Source: an uncultured Planctomycetaceae bacterium
GTDB lineage: Bacteria > Planctomycetota > Phycisphaerae > SM23-33
Length of the DNA: 51,875 nt
Reading direction: 5' to 3'
Assembly (NCBI GenBank): GCA_964392945.1
Contig: CAYMSH010000001.1
Coordinates: 1 to 51,875 of the forward strand
Shown: piece after piece, positions 1 to 9,600 of the stretch
How positions within the stretch are numbered: position 1 is the stretch's first letter
How the letters are laid out: each line of letters begins with the position of its first letter
Notes under the pieces: model-generated
The model's input: only the letters and a program-made list of their open reading frames with translations
Databases searched by the model: none
Told to the model about the DNA's origin: nothing
Translations under genes and position numbers: made by a program

Positions 1-1
1 A

Positions 2-553
2 CTGGACCTAAAGCGCGGCAAGAAGATATGGCGGGTTCCTCTCAAGCTGGAGGCCAGGAACGCATTGTACGTTTGCTACAAGGACGGCAACGTTGTCGTC
101 TCCGGATCGCTGAACAAGGATGGCACGACGTATCTCCTGCGGTGTCACCGTAGCGACAGCGGAGCCGAAACCTGGAGACGAACGTTCATACCGACCAAGA
201 ACACGCGAGGCATGCATGGCGAGAGTGTCAAGAGGCCTACCATAGTCGGCCCGACGATCTATCTTTACAACAGCTCGTTCGCCCTGAAAACCGGCGCCGA
301 CACGCCTGTCAAGCTGAGCAAATCGCAGTGCGGTGAGCGATCGGCTTCGGCGGGGCATCTTTTCTGGCGGAGCGGCGGATCGATGATGGCCAACGCCAAA
401 AATGGCAAGACCAAGCCCTTGTCGCGCAGTTCGCGACCTGGGTGTTGGATCAACATCATCCCAGCCGGCGGGCTGATCCTGATGCCTGAAGCGAGTTCCG
501 GTTGCGCCTGTTTCGTACCGATCCAGGGCTCAATGGCGTTTCGCCCGCGATGA
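2..553 (+). CDS. PQQ-like / BamB-like beta-propeller repeat protein, C-terminal fragment (5' end outside window)
   Basis: Frame 2 is open from the window edge (LDLKRGKKIWRVPLKLEARNALYVCYKDGNVVV...) to the TGA at 551-553. The C-terminal motif RPGCWINIIPAGGLILMPEASSGCAC matches what I recall from planctomycetal PQQ-like propeller proteins. Family call is from memory only. Confidence 0.6.
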   Translation: MDLKRGKKIWRVPLKLEARNALYVCYKDGNVVVSGSLNKDGTTYLLRCHRSDSGAETWRRTFIPTKNTRGMHGESVKRPTIVGPTIYLYNSSFALKTGADTPVKLSKSQCGERSASAGHLFWRSGGSMMANAKNGKTKPLSRSSRPGCWINIIPAGGLILMPEASSGCACFVPIQGSMAFRPR

Positions 554-696
554 CCGCGCCCTATTACCCGCCGCTCGGTCGCACTAAAGATGCGAATCCG
601 CCAGGTTTCCCCGGAACTGCCGGAACTGAAGCCGGATCCGGAAACCGTCGATGAACCGATAGGGCTCTATTTGAAAGGGCCTTGGAGAATCGATCC

Positions 697-813
697 ATGC
701 GGCACATGCGTCCCGGCAATTTGCGCAGCGGCTTCACGCTCGTCGAGATCTTGATCGTGATCATCATCCTGGGCATCCTGGCCGCTATCGTTGAGCCGCA
801 AACGGCGCTCTAG
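697..813 (+). pseudogene. 38-codon remnant of a prepilin-type (type IV pilin / T2SS pseudopilin) N-terminal domain
   Basis: ATG 697 to TAG 811-813 translates MRHMRPGNLRSGFTLVEILIVIIILGILAAIVEPQTAL*. It has the canonical G|FTLVE cleavage/methylation motif plus the hydrophobic helix, but the ORF stops right after the helix. No ORF of 60 aa or more follows on this strand before 1205. It is below the ORF-track size cutoff. Confidence 0.4.
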
Positions 814-1204
814 CACCGGCTCTCAGACAGCAACGCTGACCGCCTGGCACGCATGGTCACAGGGACGCCAAAACGGCTCAGCCTGTGAACTAGTGCAAAC
901 CGCCGAGGCGTGTCAAGGGGAAAGTTTAGGCTGGGCTCGCTACATATGTTATAGCAGGCAGTTACGATAATGACAGCATTCGGACACCGGTAATGCGGTT
1001 CCGAGTATTGCGAGTATCTTGCCCCGGGCGGCGGTTGTCACAGGGCGGGAACCTGTGAACCATATGTGAACATGGCCTCGGCGCCCGGCCGGTCTGTCAG
1101 GCTGCTGTAGATTCCGAATTCCAGATTAATCTCGCTTCTTATTTCAGCCGTCTGGGCGCCGGTCCGATAAAGCTCAATACGGGGCGGAGCAGGAGAATAC
1201 GGAT

Positions 1205-1561
1205 ATGGTGACGAGCACAGTAAAAAGCTTAGAACGAAGGCGTCATTCGCGGGCATCGATGAATATGGATGTGCGATGCATTCGCCTCGATCCGCATGAA
1301 GGCGGCGTGATAGATCAAGTCGATATGGTCGACCTGTCCCGCAGCGGCGTCGGAGCCGTTAGCGAGAAATGGTACTATCCCGGACAGAAAGTCGTGGTCT
1401 GCCTGCCGGCCGATTCGCTGCATGGCAAACGCCAGATGCAGGCCACCGTGCGGCGATGCCTCAGCCGCATGGAAGAAGGCTATCGCATCGGTCTGGAATT
1501 CGACCACAACTCGCTGACCTCATGGGCAAGTTACGGAGCTCCGGCGGTAGTCGCGGCTTGA
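1205..1561 (+). CDS. PilZ domain protein (c-di-GMP receptor)
   Basis: GGAG lies 9 nt upstream of ATG 1205. PilZ signature RxxxR (ERRRHSR) is followed about 28 aa later by D-x-S-x-x-G (DLSRSG). Size is 118 aa, typical of a single-domain PilZ. Confidence 0.8.
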   Translation: MVTSTVKSLERRRHSRASMNMDVRCIRLDPHEGGVIDQVDMVDLSRSGVGAVSEKWYYPGQKVVVCLPADSLHGKRQMQATVRRCLSRMEEGYRIGLEFDHNSLTSWASYGAPAVVAA

Positions 1562-1705
1562 CGGCCCGGTAGTCAGTGACGGCGACGGCGACGGCGGGGG
1601 TTACGGTGGGGCGGGGACGGCTTTTTCCTTTCTTTCTCTCTCTGATTTTGCGAATCTTTGTGTTGTGCGTGATGTGGAGTTTCTCCTGTTTCCAAAGGAT
1701 GCGAC

Positions 1706-3268
1706 ATGAGGCTTACTGCAAAGTTCAAGGCGATCGTTTTCGCACTCGCGCTTAGCCAGGGCGTTTGCGGCGCGTGTACGGTTATTGTTGTCGGCGCCAG
1801 GGCCAGCACTGACGGATCTACGATCAATTCACAGACGGCCGACGGTATGTTCGATTCGAATATTACGTTCGTGCCGGCCGGCGAGTTTCCCGACGGCGCG
1901 ATGGCCGACGTCTATCTCGGCATCACCGGGCAGAGCACAAAGCCGCCGAAGAAGATCGGGCGGATCCCGCAGGTCCGGCGCACATACGCTTACTTTCACG
2001 TAGGCTATCCGTTCATGAACGAGCATCAGTTGACGCTGGCCGAGAGCACTCTGGCCCAGCACGCCAGGCTGAAGGACACCCGCGGCTCCAAGGCGATCAT
2101 GACTATCGAGCAACTCCAGGTCTTCGCACTTCAGCGGACCAAAACCGCCCGCGGGGCGATCAGGCTCATGGGCGCCCTCGCCGAGAAGTACGGTTTTCTC
2201 GGCTCGTATCAGCGGCAGGGCGAGTCGCTGTCTATCGCCGACGGCAAGGAGTGCTGGGTGTTCGAGATGTTCAGCGTCGGCGCCGGATGGAGCCCGTCGA
2301 GCGGAAAGCCCGGATGCGTCTGGGCGGCGCGGCGCATTCCGGACGATCACGTTTTCTGCATGGCGAATCTCAGCAGGATCCGCGAGATAGACCTGGCCAA
2401 GCCCGACGAGTTCATGGCTTCGAAGGGCTACAAGCAGCTTGCGATCGACAACAAATGGTACGACCCGGCCGGCGGCAAGCCGTTTATCTGGCAGGAGGCT
2501 TACAGCCCGCCGAAAGGCGGCTGGTCGCTCAAGTCTTCGTTTGTTCGCAACCGCCTGTACATGTTCCACAAGATGCTCGCCCCGTCGCGAGACTGGCCGG
2601 TTACGAAGAACGTAGCCGACTATCCGTTCTCCATCAAGCCGGACAAGAAGACAAGCGTTCGCGACGTGATCGCCGTGATGCGATCCACGTTCAAAGGCAC
2701 CCCGCTGGACGTCGAGGGCCATCCGAACTGGAAAGGCAGTCCCCTGGCGACGCCTTACCCGTCGGCGAAACTCCAGAGACGTTTCAAGGTGCGGTTCATC
2801 CGCCCGATAGCGGTACAGGACTGCTCGCACGGATTCGTCGCCCAGTCGCGGCCCTGGCTGCCGGACCCGATCGGCTGCGCCGGATGGTTCTTCCTCGACA
2901 ATCCGCACACCAGCTGCTTCGCCCCGATCTACGCCGGGACCACGAGTTTCCCCAAATCGTGGCGAACGTACGATCGCCGCAAGCCGTCCCGCGACTCGGC
3001 CAGATGGGCGTTCGACAAGATTGACAACATGACCGCCGCCCGCTACCAGGACAACATTCGAGAACTTCTGAAGGTCCGCGAGCCGCTGGAAGACGGATTC
3101 TTCGCCAAGCGAAAGACCGTCGAGGCCGCAGCGTTAGAGGCCCACAAACGCTCGCCCGAAGCGGTCGCCAAGATCCTGACCGAATTCACAAACGCATCAA
3201 TGCTGCAAGCCGAAAAGGCCTACTGGGATCTGGTCGACACGCTGGGTGCAAAGCATGACGGGAAATAA
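1706..3268 (+). CDS. Secreted C69-family dipeptidase (Ntn-hydrolase type)
   Basis: AAGGA RBS lies upstream of the ATG. A signal peptide ends in ...GVCGA|CTVIVVGARASTDGS, the nucleophile-Cys context typical of peptidase C69. Length is 520 aa, with a strong shadow ORF on the opposite strand. Confidence 0.8.
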   Translation: MRLTAKFKAIVFALALSQGVCGACTVIVVGARASTDGSTINSQTADGMFDSNITFVPAGEFPDGAMADVYLGITGQSTKPPKKIGRIPQVRRTYAYFHVGYPFMNEHQLTLAESTLAQHARLKDTRGSKAIMTIEQLQVFALQRTKTARGAIRLMGALAEKYGFLGSYQRQGESLSIADGKECWVFEMFSVGAGWSPSSGKPGCVWAARRIPDDHVFCMANLSRIREIDLAKPDEFMASKGYKQLAIDNKWYDPAGGKPFIWQEAYSPPKGGWSLKSSFVRNRLYMFHKMLAPSRDWPVTKNVADYPFSIKPDKKTSVRDVIAVMRSTFKGTPLDVEGHPNWKGSPLATPYPSAKLQRRFKVRFIRPIAVQDCSHGFVAQSRPWLPDPIGCAGWFFLDNPHTSCFAPIYAGTTSFPKSWRTYDRRKPSRDSARWAFDKIDNMTAARYQDNIRELLKVREPLEDGFFAKRKTVEAAALEAHKRSPEAVAKILTEFTNASMLQAEKAYWDLVDTLGAKHDGK

Positions 3269-3293
3269 CGCATCGGTTCGTCTCGTGGAGCCG

Positions 3294-4109
3294 TCAGTGA
3301 TGGGGTTTGTCGTCTTGCGGATCTGGGACGATTTCGGGATTGCACTCTTTGGTGAAGCCCAGCAACTCCTCGGCGATGACGCCCGCCGTGCCTTTCCTGG
3401 GCATGAACCGGGCGGGGCATATCTCTATGATCGGACTGCCGCGTAGATAACTCTGGAGATGCGACCATTGCAGTGAGACGTCGGGGTTTTTGCGTTTCAT
3501 CTCGACAGTGATCATTTTGTGCGGTTGGCAGCATTCCGCCGCGTTCGGCCTCGTGCTGGGAGAATCGTCAGGGTAGGCGAATTGGCCGATCGCTGCTACC
3601 TTGAGCCATTCAATGATGCGATATGTCTTGTACTTCCCGTCCTTGGTCGGAAGGGCGCCCAGGATGTTGACATAATCTCCAATCCGAAGGGCTTTGTCTG
3701 GCATGTGCTTGTGGTCGACGACGATCGACAACTGGACTGTATCTCTGTCCATGATGCTCACCGCTGGAGAACGGTCATTGAGGCCGCGAACGAAGTGATC
3801 CCTGAATGCGAAATCTCCCTTGCGAATGTGTTGATTAATCCTTTGGTTGATCGCCAGCGTATCGACCTCATCTCTTGTCAGCAGTCTCCTGAAACTTTCG
3901 ACAGTCTCCCTGGCTATCTGGACAGGCATCAAGTCATCTTCTACGATTCTGTCGCCGGGGCTTAAGTCACGGGTGTAACGATACACCGTGACTTGAGATC
4001 CGTCTTGCCCGCCCGGTCTTATCACGTTACAGGCCGAACACGAAAGCAAGATGCACGCTGAAACAGCTGAAACCGTAATGATCCATGATCTGACTGGCCC
4101 GAAGCCCAT
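3294..4109 (-). CDS. CpaB/RcpC-like Flp-pilus assembly protein (SAF + beta-clip architecture), orphan
   Basis: N-terminal membrane anchor, then a SAF-like segment (VTVYRYTRDLSPGDRIVEDDLMPVQIA). This is followed by an RcpC-like segment (DTVQLSIVVDHKHMPDKALRIGDYVNILGALP ... ITVEMKRKNPDVSLQW). No other tad/cpa genes are nearby. Moderate recall-based call. Confidence 0.5.
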   Translation of the reverse strand: MGFGPVRSWIITVSAVSACILLSCSACNVIRPGGQDGSQVTVYRYTRDLSPGDRIVEDDLMPVQIARETVESFRRLLTRDEVDTLAINQRINQHIRKGDFAFRDHFVRGLNDRSPAVSIMDRDTVQLSIVVDHKHMPDKALRIGDYVNILGALPTKDGKYKTYRIIEWLKVAAIGQFAYPDDSPSTRPNAAECCQPHKMITVEMKRKNPDVSLQWSHLQSYLRGSPIIEICPARFMPRKGTAGVIAEELLGFTKECNPEIVPDPQDDKPHH

Positions 4110-4281
4110 ATTCCACCTCGTAGGAAGCTATAAGGAAAACGATGCAATCCAACCCGAGCGGCCGCGAATGTCTGCCTGGATTCTAATCCAACTTGCGACG
4201 AGCATCAATGAGCCCAGTCATAGTGGAGAATCCTGAATCGCAAACAAAACAATGCGTCGATGTGCGACCCAGATGCTCGCA

Positions 4282-5988
4282 CTACCGCTTGCCCAGCTTT
4301 ATCACCCGAACGAACGACACGACTGCTTCCCTGTCGCCTTCGATTGTCAGGTCGTAGTCCATGCCCTTGGCGTTGAATACCGCACCGCTCAGGAAGAATG
4401 TCGCGGTCTTCAGCTTGCCGGTGTTTCCCAGCTTGAGCGTTTTAGCGGTCATGCCTTTTTGCGTTTTGCAGCGCAGGCTCAACTCGCCTTTGGGCATGTC
4501 GAAGTACGATATCTTCACCGCCACGCGATGCGGGCCGCCGGTCAGGAAACGATCGTCGATCGCAAAACCGATCCGCTTGCCGGCCCGGGCGACGAAGTCG
4601 AATCGCCGCTCGTTCTGTATGACCCATATCCGCGTGGGCTGTTTTACTTTCACCGCCGGGGCGGTCTGGAACCCTTCGGCGTCGCGCTGGTAAAGCCATC
4701 GCTCAAAGTTCCTGGCCGGAGTTCCGAACTTCCGCTCCCGGTCAGTGGGCTTCTGCTTGCGGACCACATTTGGCCTCAGGTAGCTTTCCCGCAGGAAGCA
4801 CCAGACGTCCGGCGTGTCTTTCACGGTGCGCCCCATCTCCTGCGACACGTACGGCAGCATCGCCGGATAGATCGAAAACGGGCTGTGCAGCAGGTAGTTC
4901 CGCCGCATCTGGATCACGCGGAGCGATGATGTGAAGTAACGGTACGTAAACGATTCGAGCGGCCCGAAGCGATGGGTCCAGTTCTCGCCGTATTCTTCGT
5001 TTTCATCACCGCTGAACGCTCCGGTCCTTATGATCGGCGCCGACTCATCGACGATGACGTAGCCGTTGTCATTCACGCCCTGGCCGAGATGCGCCTTGGG
5101 CAGCATGTACATGTACATCTCGACAAATCCGCCGCGGGTCCCGAACCCCTTATCCAAACCGTATGGGCTCACGCCGCCCATGCAGACCTTCTGCTCGACG
5201 CCTTTGCAGGCTTTCGCCCAGGCGTCCAGCCGCTGACGCACGTGGGGCGGATCGGGCTGTCCATGCGGGCCTATTCCCTCGTCACCCCAGCTTGACGATG
5301 CGTATCCGACGATGATCCCCTTGACGGTCTTCTTTTGCGGAATGCCGGCGGCGCCGAACGCGGCGACCAGCTTCAGGTAACGGCGATGAAAATCCTTGTG
5401 CGTCACGTCAAGGTTGACTAACCGCCAGTTCTTCTTGGGATTCTGTTTCTTCCGCGGAACGTCGTACTTCGTGACCAGGTAGTCAGGGGCGCACTTCTTG
5501 CTGCGTCGCATTCTGTCGGTTGTTTTCGATTCGTCAGGGTGCGCCAGCGACTCCCAGACCGCCGTCATTGGCCGGATCACCACTCCGTAGCCGGCCTGTT
5601 CGGCGCGCTTGATGTCGCCGGTGAGTTTGTCGAACTTGTACTGTCCTTCCTCGGGCTCCAGGTCCTTCCAGCGGACCCAGAGCGAGACTACCGGATTGGC
5701 CGGGAAGTTGACTTTCGGCAGACTGCGAGCGTTACGACTGACGCATAGGAGCGACTTGTCAGACACTCCGACCCCGGGCGGCAGCGAGAAGTCCCACCCG
5801 TCGATAATGTCGTCACGATCCCGCCATGGCTGCGGCTTTATCTTTGAAACCGGAACTTTTGCGTACTCCGGCCAGGCGGCGTACTTGCCGTATTCGATGT
5901 GGTTTGCGTACTTAGATTCGGCGGGCTCGCCGGCCAGGACACTCCCGGCCGTCAGAAGAATAACGATAATAGACGGTAGTTTCAGCAC
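4282..5988 (-). CDS. Secreted glycoside-hydrolase-like (beta/alpha)8-barrel protein, family unassigned
   Basis: The ORF-track frame 4282..6468 overlaps the well-supported cyclophilin gene. An internal GTG at 5988 yields a clean signal peptide (VLKLPSIIVILLTAGSVLAGEPAE). WVRWKDLEPEEGQYKFDKL resembles the W-x-x-LEP-x-EG-x-Y-x-F motif of GH42/GH35/GH5-type barrels. Function is uncertain. Confidence 0.6.
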   Translation of the reverse strand: MLKLPSIIVILLTAGSVLAGEPAESKYANHIEYGKYAAWPEYAKVPVSKIKPQPWRDRDDIIDGWDFSLPPGVGVSDKSLLCVSRNARSLPKVNFPANPVVSLWVRWKDLEPEEGQYKFDKLTGDIKRAEQAGYGVVIRPMTAVWESLAHPDESKTTDRMRRSKKCAPDYLVTKYDVPRKKQNPKKNWRLVNLDVTHKDFHRRYLKLVAAFGAAGIPQKKTVKGIIVGYASSSWGDEGIGPHGQPDPPHVRQRLDAWAKACKGVEQKVCMGGVSPYGLDKGFGTRGGFVEMYMYMLPKAHLGQGVNDNGYVIVDESAPIIRTGAFSGDENEEYGENWTHRFGPLESFTYRYFTSSLRVIQMRRNYLLHSPFSIYPAMLPYVSQEMGRTVKDTPDVWCFLRESYLRPNVVRKQKPTDRERKFGTPARNFERWLYQRDAEGFQTAPAVKVKQPTRIWVIQNERRFDFVARAGKRIGFAIDDRFLTGGPHRVAVKISYFDMPKGELSLRCKTQKGMTAKTLKLGNTGKLKTATFFLSGAVFNAKGMDYDLTIEGDREAVVSFVRVIKLGKR

Positions 5989-6072
5989 AATCTCGCATCC
6001 TGTATTGGGGTTGCTTATCTCCTTACAGTTTACTACATTGCACGCAACACAAACAGAGCAAGGACCTCCCTG

Positions 6073-6672
6073 ATGCGAACAAGAACAACAATGCTGACAT
6101 GCCTGCTGGCCGCGATCGTGTTTGCCTTCGGATGCGAAAAGGCCGCGCCGCAACCCGACCCCGAACCGTCCCGGCCCGTGGTAACAATAGATACGTCGAT
6201 GGGCGTGATAAGAGCCGAGCTCTGGTCCGACAGGGCTCCGATCACCGTGAAGAACTTCCTGGATTATGTCGAGGCCAAGCATTTTGACGGACTGATTTTC
6301 CATCGCGTGATGCGCGGCTTCATGATCCAGGGCGGCGGGTTCGACCCGACTATGACCGAAAGGCCCACCCGCGCCGAGATCAAGAATGAAGCGAGCCCCG
6401 ACAAGAAGAACGATCGCGGTACGCTGGCGATGGCGCGAACGGGCGTGGTCGACAGCGCCACTGCGCAATTCTACATCAACCTTGTCGATAACGACGGTCT
6501 CAATCAGCGCGACACGACACCCCTGGGCTTCGGCTACTGCGCATTTGGCAAAGTGATTTCAGGGATGGATGTTGTCGACAGAATCGCTACTGTGCCGGTA
6601 GGTTTCGCCGCAGGACACCAGAACGTTCCGATTATGCCTGTGCTCATCAAGAGCGTTCGCCTGGCCGAATAA
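6073..6672 (+). CDS. Cyclophilin-type peptidyl-prolyl cis-trans isomerase, lipoprotein-like signal
   Basis: The sequence VVTIDTSMGVIRAELWSDRAPITVKNFLDYVEAKHFDGLIFHRVMRGFMIQGGGF...TLAMAR...SATAQFYINL...FGKVISGMDVVDRI is a textbook cyclophilin core. The N-terminus LLAAIVFAFGCEK looks like a lipobox. Confidence 0.95.
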   Translation: MRTRTTMLTCLLAAIVFAFGCEKAAPQPDPEPSRPVVTIDTSMGVIRAELWSDRAPITVKNFLDYVEAKHFDGLIFHRVMRGFMIQGGGFDPTMTERPTRAEIKNEASPDKKNDRGTLAMARTGVVDSATAQFYINLVDNDGLNQRDTTPLGFGYCAFGKVISGMDVVDRIATVPVGFAAGHQNVPIMPVLIKSVRLAE

Positions 6673-6687
6673 ACCAACCGGGCCGGA

Positions 6688-9600
6688 TCAATATCCCCTG
6701 ACGTCCTTGAGCCACTTTTTCATCTTGGCCGGGACTTTGTCCTGTATTTCCTCTTTGGTGCGGTCCTCCCAGTCGGCCGACGTGTGATATTTCAACCCCT
6801 GCTGGAATTCCCAGATGCTCCTGCCGGGGGCCTTCTTGTCATCGCTCGGCGGAGCCTCCTGGACTTGCGTCAGGGCGCGGGGCGGTGGCGGGACCTTGCT
6901 GAAGTCTTCGTGCACTTTGCGGTATATGCGGAAGTGGTCTAATCGCCCGGTGAAGAAATCGTCCTTCTTCCGGCCGCACGCGATGAAATTACCCACGGGA
7001 GCGTCGCCAGGGAAAACCGTTCGCGGGCTGAAGGCGAATTGCTTTTCGGCGATCTTCTTGCCGTCAATATAGATCGCGGCGTTCGAACCGTTCATCTCGA
7101 CGCGCAGGGCGACCCACTTGTCGGCGGCGATCGCCTGCGACGCGGTCAGCAGCAGCGTTCGGCCTTGATGCCTGGCGATCAGGGCGGGTTTTCCGCTGGC
7201 CTTAGAGACCGTCAGGTAGAAGCAATCATCGAAGCTCGTGCCGAAGTCGAAGAGGCGTCCGCCTTTGCCGGCCGGCCGTTTGATCAGCATGTCGATAGTC
7301 AACGCCCCGAAATCCGCAACCGAGGCCGGCGCCTCGGCGTATTGATCCTTGCCGTTGAATACGATGCACTTTCGCCCGGCGTCTTCGGCGAACTGCGGTG
7401 CGCCGAACAGGATGCCGTTGTTGTTTACGTAGGAGTCGTCCAGCGTTGCACCCTGGGGCGTGTTGAACCGCCAGTCGGCGTAGAGGGCGCCGGCGTCCTG
7501 CCCGCTGGTCAGCGTCTGCCTGGATCTGCGTGCCGGAGGGTTAACGAATCTGCCGACCTGGAACTCGCCCTTGTCGCTGACGTTCAGCACCGGCGTGTAG
7601 TCGACCACCACGCCGCCGGTCAGGGCCATCTCCGAGCCGCGAAGTTGGACGAACGCGTCGCCCTTGATCACCGCACTGCCGGAGATCTTTACTCGTCGCT
7701 TGCTGACGCCGGATCGCGTGTCGCCGCCAGTGCTCACGCAGGCCGCTTCGAGGATGCGGGCCTCGCCGCTTAAGTCAATGGCTCCGAACACCCAGGCCTT
7801 TCCGCCGACCTTCGCGTTGCCGGAGATCACCGGGCCGGGTCCGAAGACGATCGCCGAGCCCTTGATGCAGGCGTTGCCTTCCACTGTGGCGCCGTTGAGC
7901 ACCATGGCGCCGGGACCGACATAAGCGGTCTTTGCGACCTTTGAATCTTCGGATACAAATCCGCCGCCGTTTGGATGGGCTCGCCCCGCGACGGCGGTTT
8001 GGAGGAACTTGGCGCGGGCGGCCATGTCGGTCAGTCTTGATCGTTTCTGCCCGCTCCATTCTCTGGATCTGGGGTTCGCCGGCGTTTTGTTCTTTCCGCT
8101 GAGGTCCGCCAGCGCCGCCTCAATGCGAACCAGCATCCCTTTGAGCTTTTTCTGGGCCAGTTCGCCTTCCGGATCAGTCAGCAGAATCGGCGCCTCCTGT
8201 TTGATCGGGCGATCCCAGTAGTTCCTGTCGCCGTCGCACATTCCGAACAGATCGTCGAGATTGACCACGTCGCCCTGCATGCGGTGAGGCCGGCCCGGTT
8301 TGCATCCGGTCAACGCGACTTCCCACGGGTATCGCGGCGCGTGAATTCCCGTGAAATATGTGTCGCCCCAACGGCCTCGCTTGCCTTCGGGCATTACCGG
8401 AAATGCGCTCGGCGTCGCGGCGACTGTAAGCCACAACCGCTTGTCCGAAGCCTTCAGCGCGAAGGTCATCTCGCCTTTGTTCCACAGCGGGCTGTACCGC
8501 GCCTTGCCTGTGTCGTCGACGGCCACGATGCACGCACGCCAATCCGAATGCAAACCCGGGTCCACGATCCCCTGAAAATCGACGGTGATCTTTGCTGCGC
8601 CTATTTCCGGTGTGAGGCGGATGGTGTTGTATCCGCACCACCTGGGCGCCTGTGCGTTGTTGATTCGATAACGGTTCTTGTGTCCGTAAACCGGTTGGAC
8701 CCAACTCAGCGGCGGAGTTCCGTACTTGTCCCTGATCATGAGCTGCTGGACGAAGTCGCAGGTGACCATTCGGGCGGCGTACTGGCCGAAGAAGTCGCCG
8801 AAGCCGCGCACGCCGTTGGTCCAGAGCCCTTTCTTCTGGCCTAGGCGGGCGATGGTGTGATACGGCGAGGACTCGGCTGGGCTGGCCAGTGATCCAAGCA
8901 CCGTATTGATCCCGTAGCCCCAGTTGGGATTGTCGCCCAGGGCGAAGACCCACCAGGACGCCTTGTACGCTACGCGATTCACATTTCGCCACGGATAGCT
9001 GAAGTTGCCTTTGAACATGTGCATTTGCCCCGGGACGGCTGTGTGCATTCCCGAATCGCACATGGTCTCCAGGAACAGCCCGTCCCACCCGCCGTTGGGC
9101 ATGCTGTGGAAAAGTTCGTGTCCCAGCACGTTCGGGCGGATGTCGCCGACGCCGCAGTGCATCCATCCGCCGGACCCGCCGTGGCCGGAGCTTTGGACCT
9201 GGACAACGTATTTGTAGTTGCCGCCCTCAAGGCGCCAGAAGGGCATCGACGCGCCGGCGGCCTCTACGTATGTCCAGAGATTCTCGGCGAACTCCATCAC
9301 GCACTTGCGGTAGTTGTTCTGGTCCTGGGGGTTCTTCGGATTTATCCATCGCCTGGGATTGCCGAACCGCTTGGGTATGGCGATCATGTGGAAGTGCGGC
9401 GTTTGAAAGACCAGCGTCTCGTCATCCTTGCCCCAGAGCGGATACTTCGCATCTTTGCGCGGCTCGATAGCGTTGAACCTCGGGGCCGCTTGGGTCCACT
9501 TCTTCAACTCCAGATCCGTCTTGTATCCGCCGGCGGGCTTTTCCGACAGGATATGAGCGCCCTGGGCGCCTTTGGCGTAGAGCTTGGGATATGCCTTTTC

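Noticed and set aside
1578-1595. (GACGGC)x3 micro-repeat downstream of the PilZ gene.
   Set aside because: It is only three units, which is common in high-GC DNA, and shows no evidence of function.
1829-2908. 359-aa minus-strand ORF antisense to the C69 dipeptidase gene. Similar long antisense ORFs include 9019..10230, 12869..14041, 15152..15973, 31278..32072, 35357..36406, 41584..42534, 44599..45363, 45376..46194, 47022..47969, 48268..48996 and 51075..51848.
   Set aside because: These are typical high-GC shadow ORFs. They are Arg/Gly/Ala/Pro-rich, show no recognisable motifs, and are fully overlapped by genes with strong family signatures on the other strand.
5989-6468. N-terminal 160 codons of the 4282..6468 ORF.
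   Set aside because: The extension overlaps the well-supported cyclophilin gene on the other strand and is Arg/His-rich. An internal GTG at 5988 gives a proper signal peptide.
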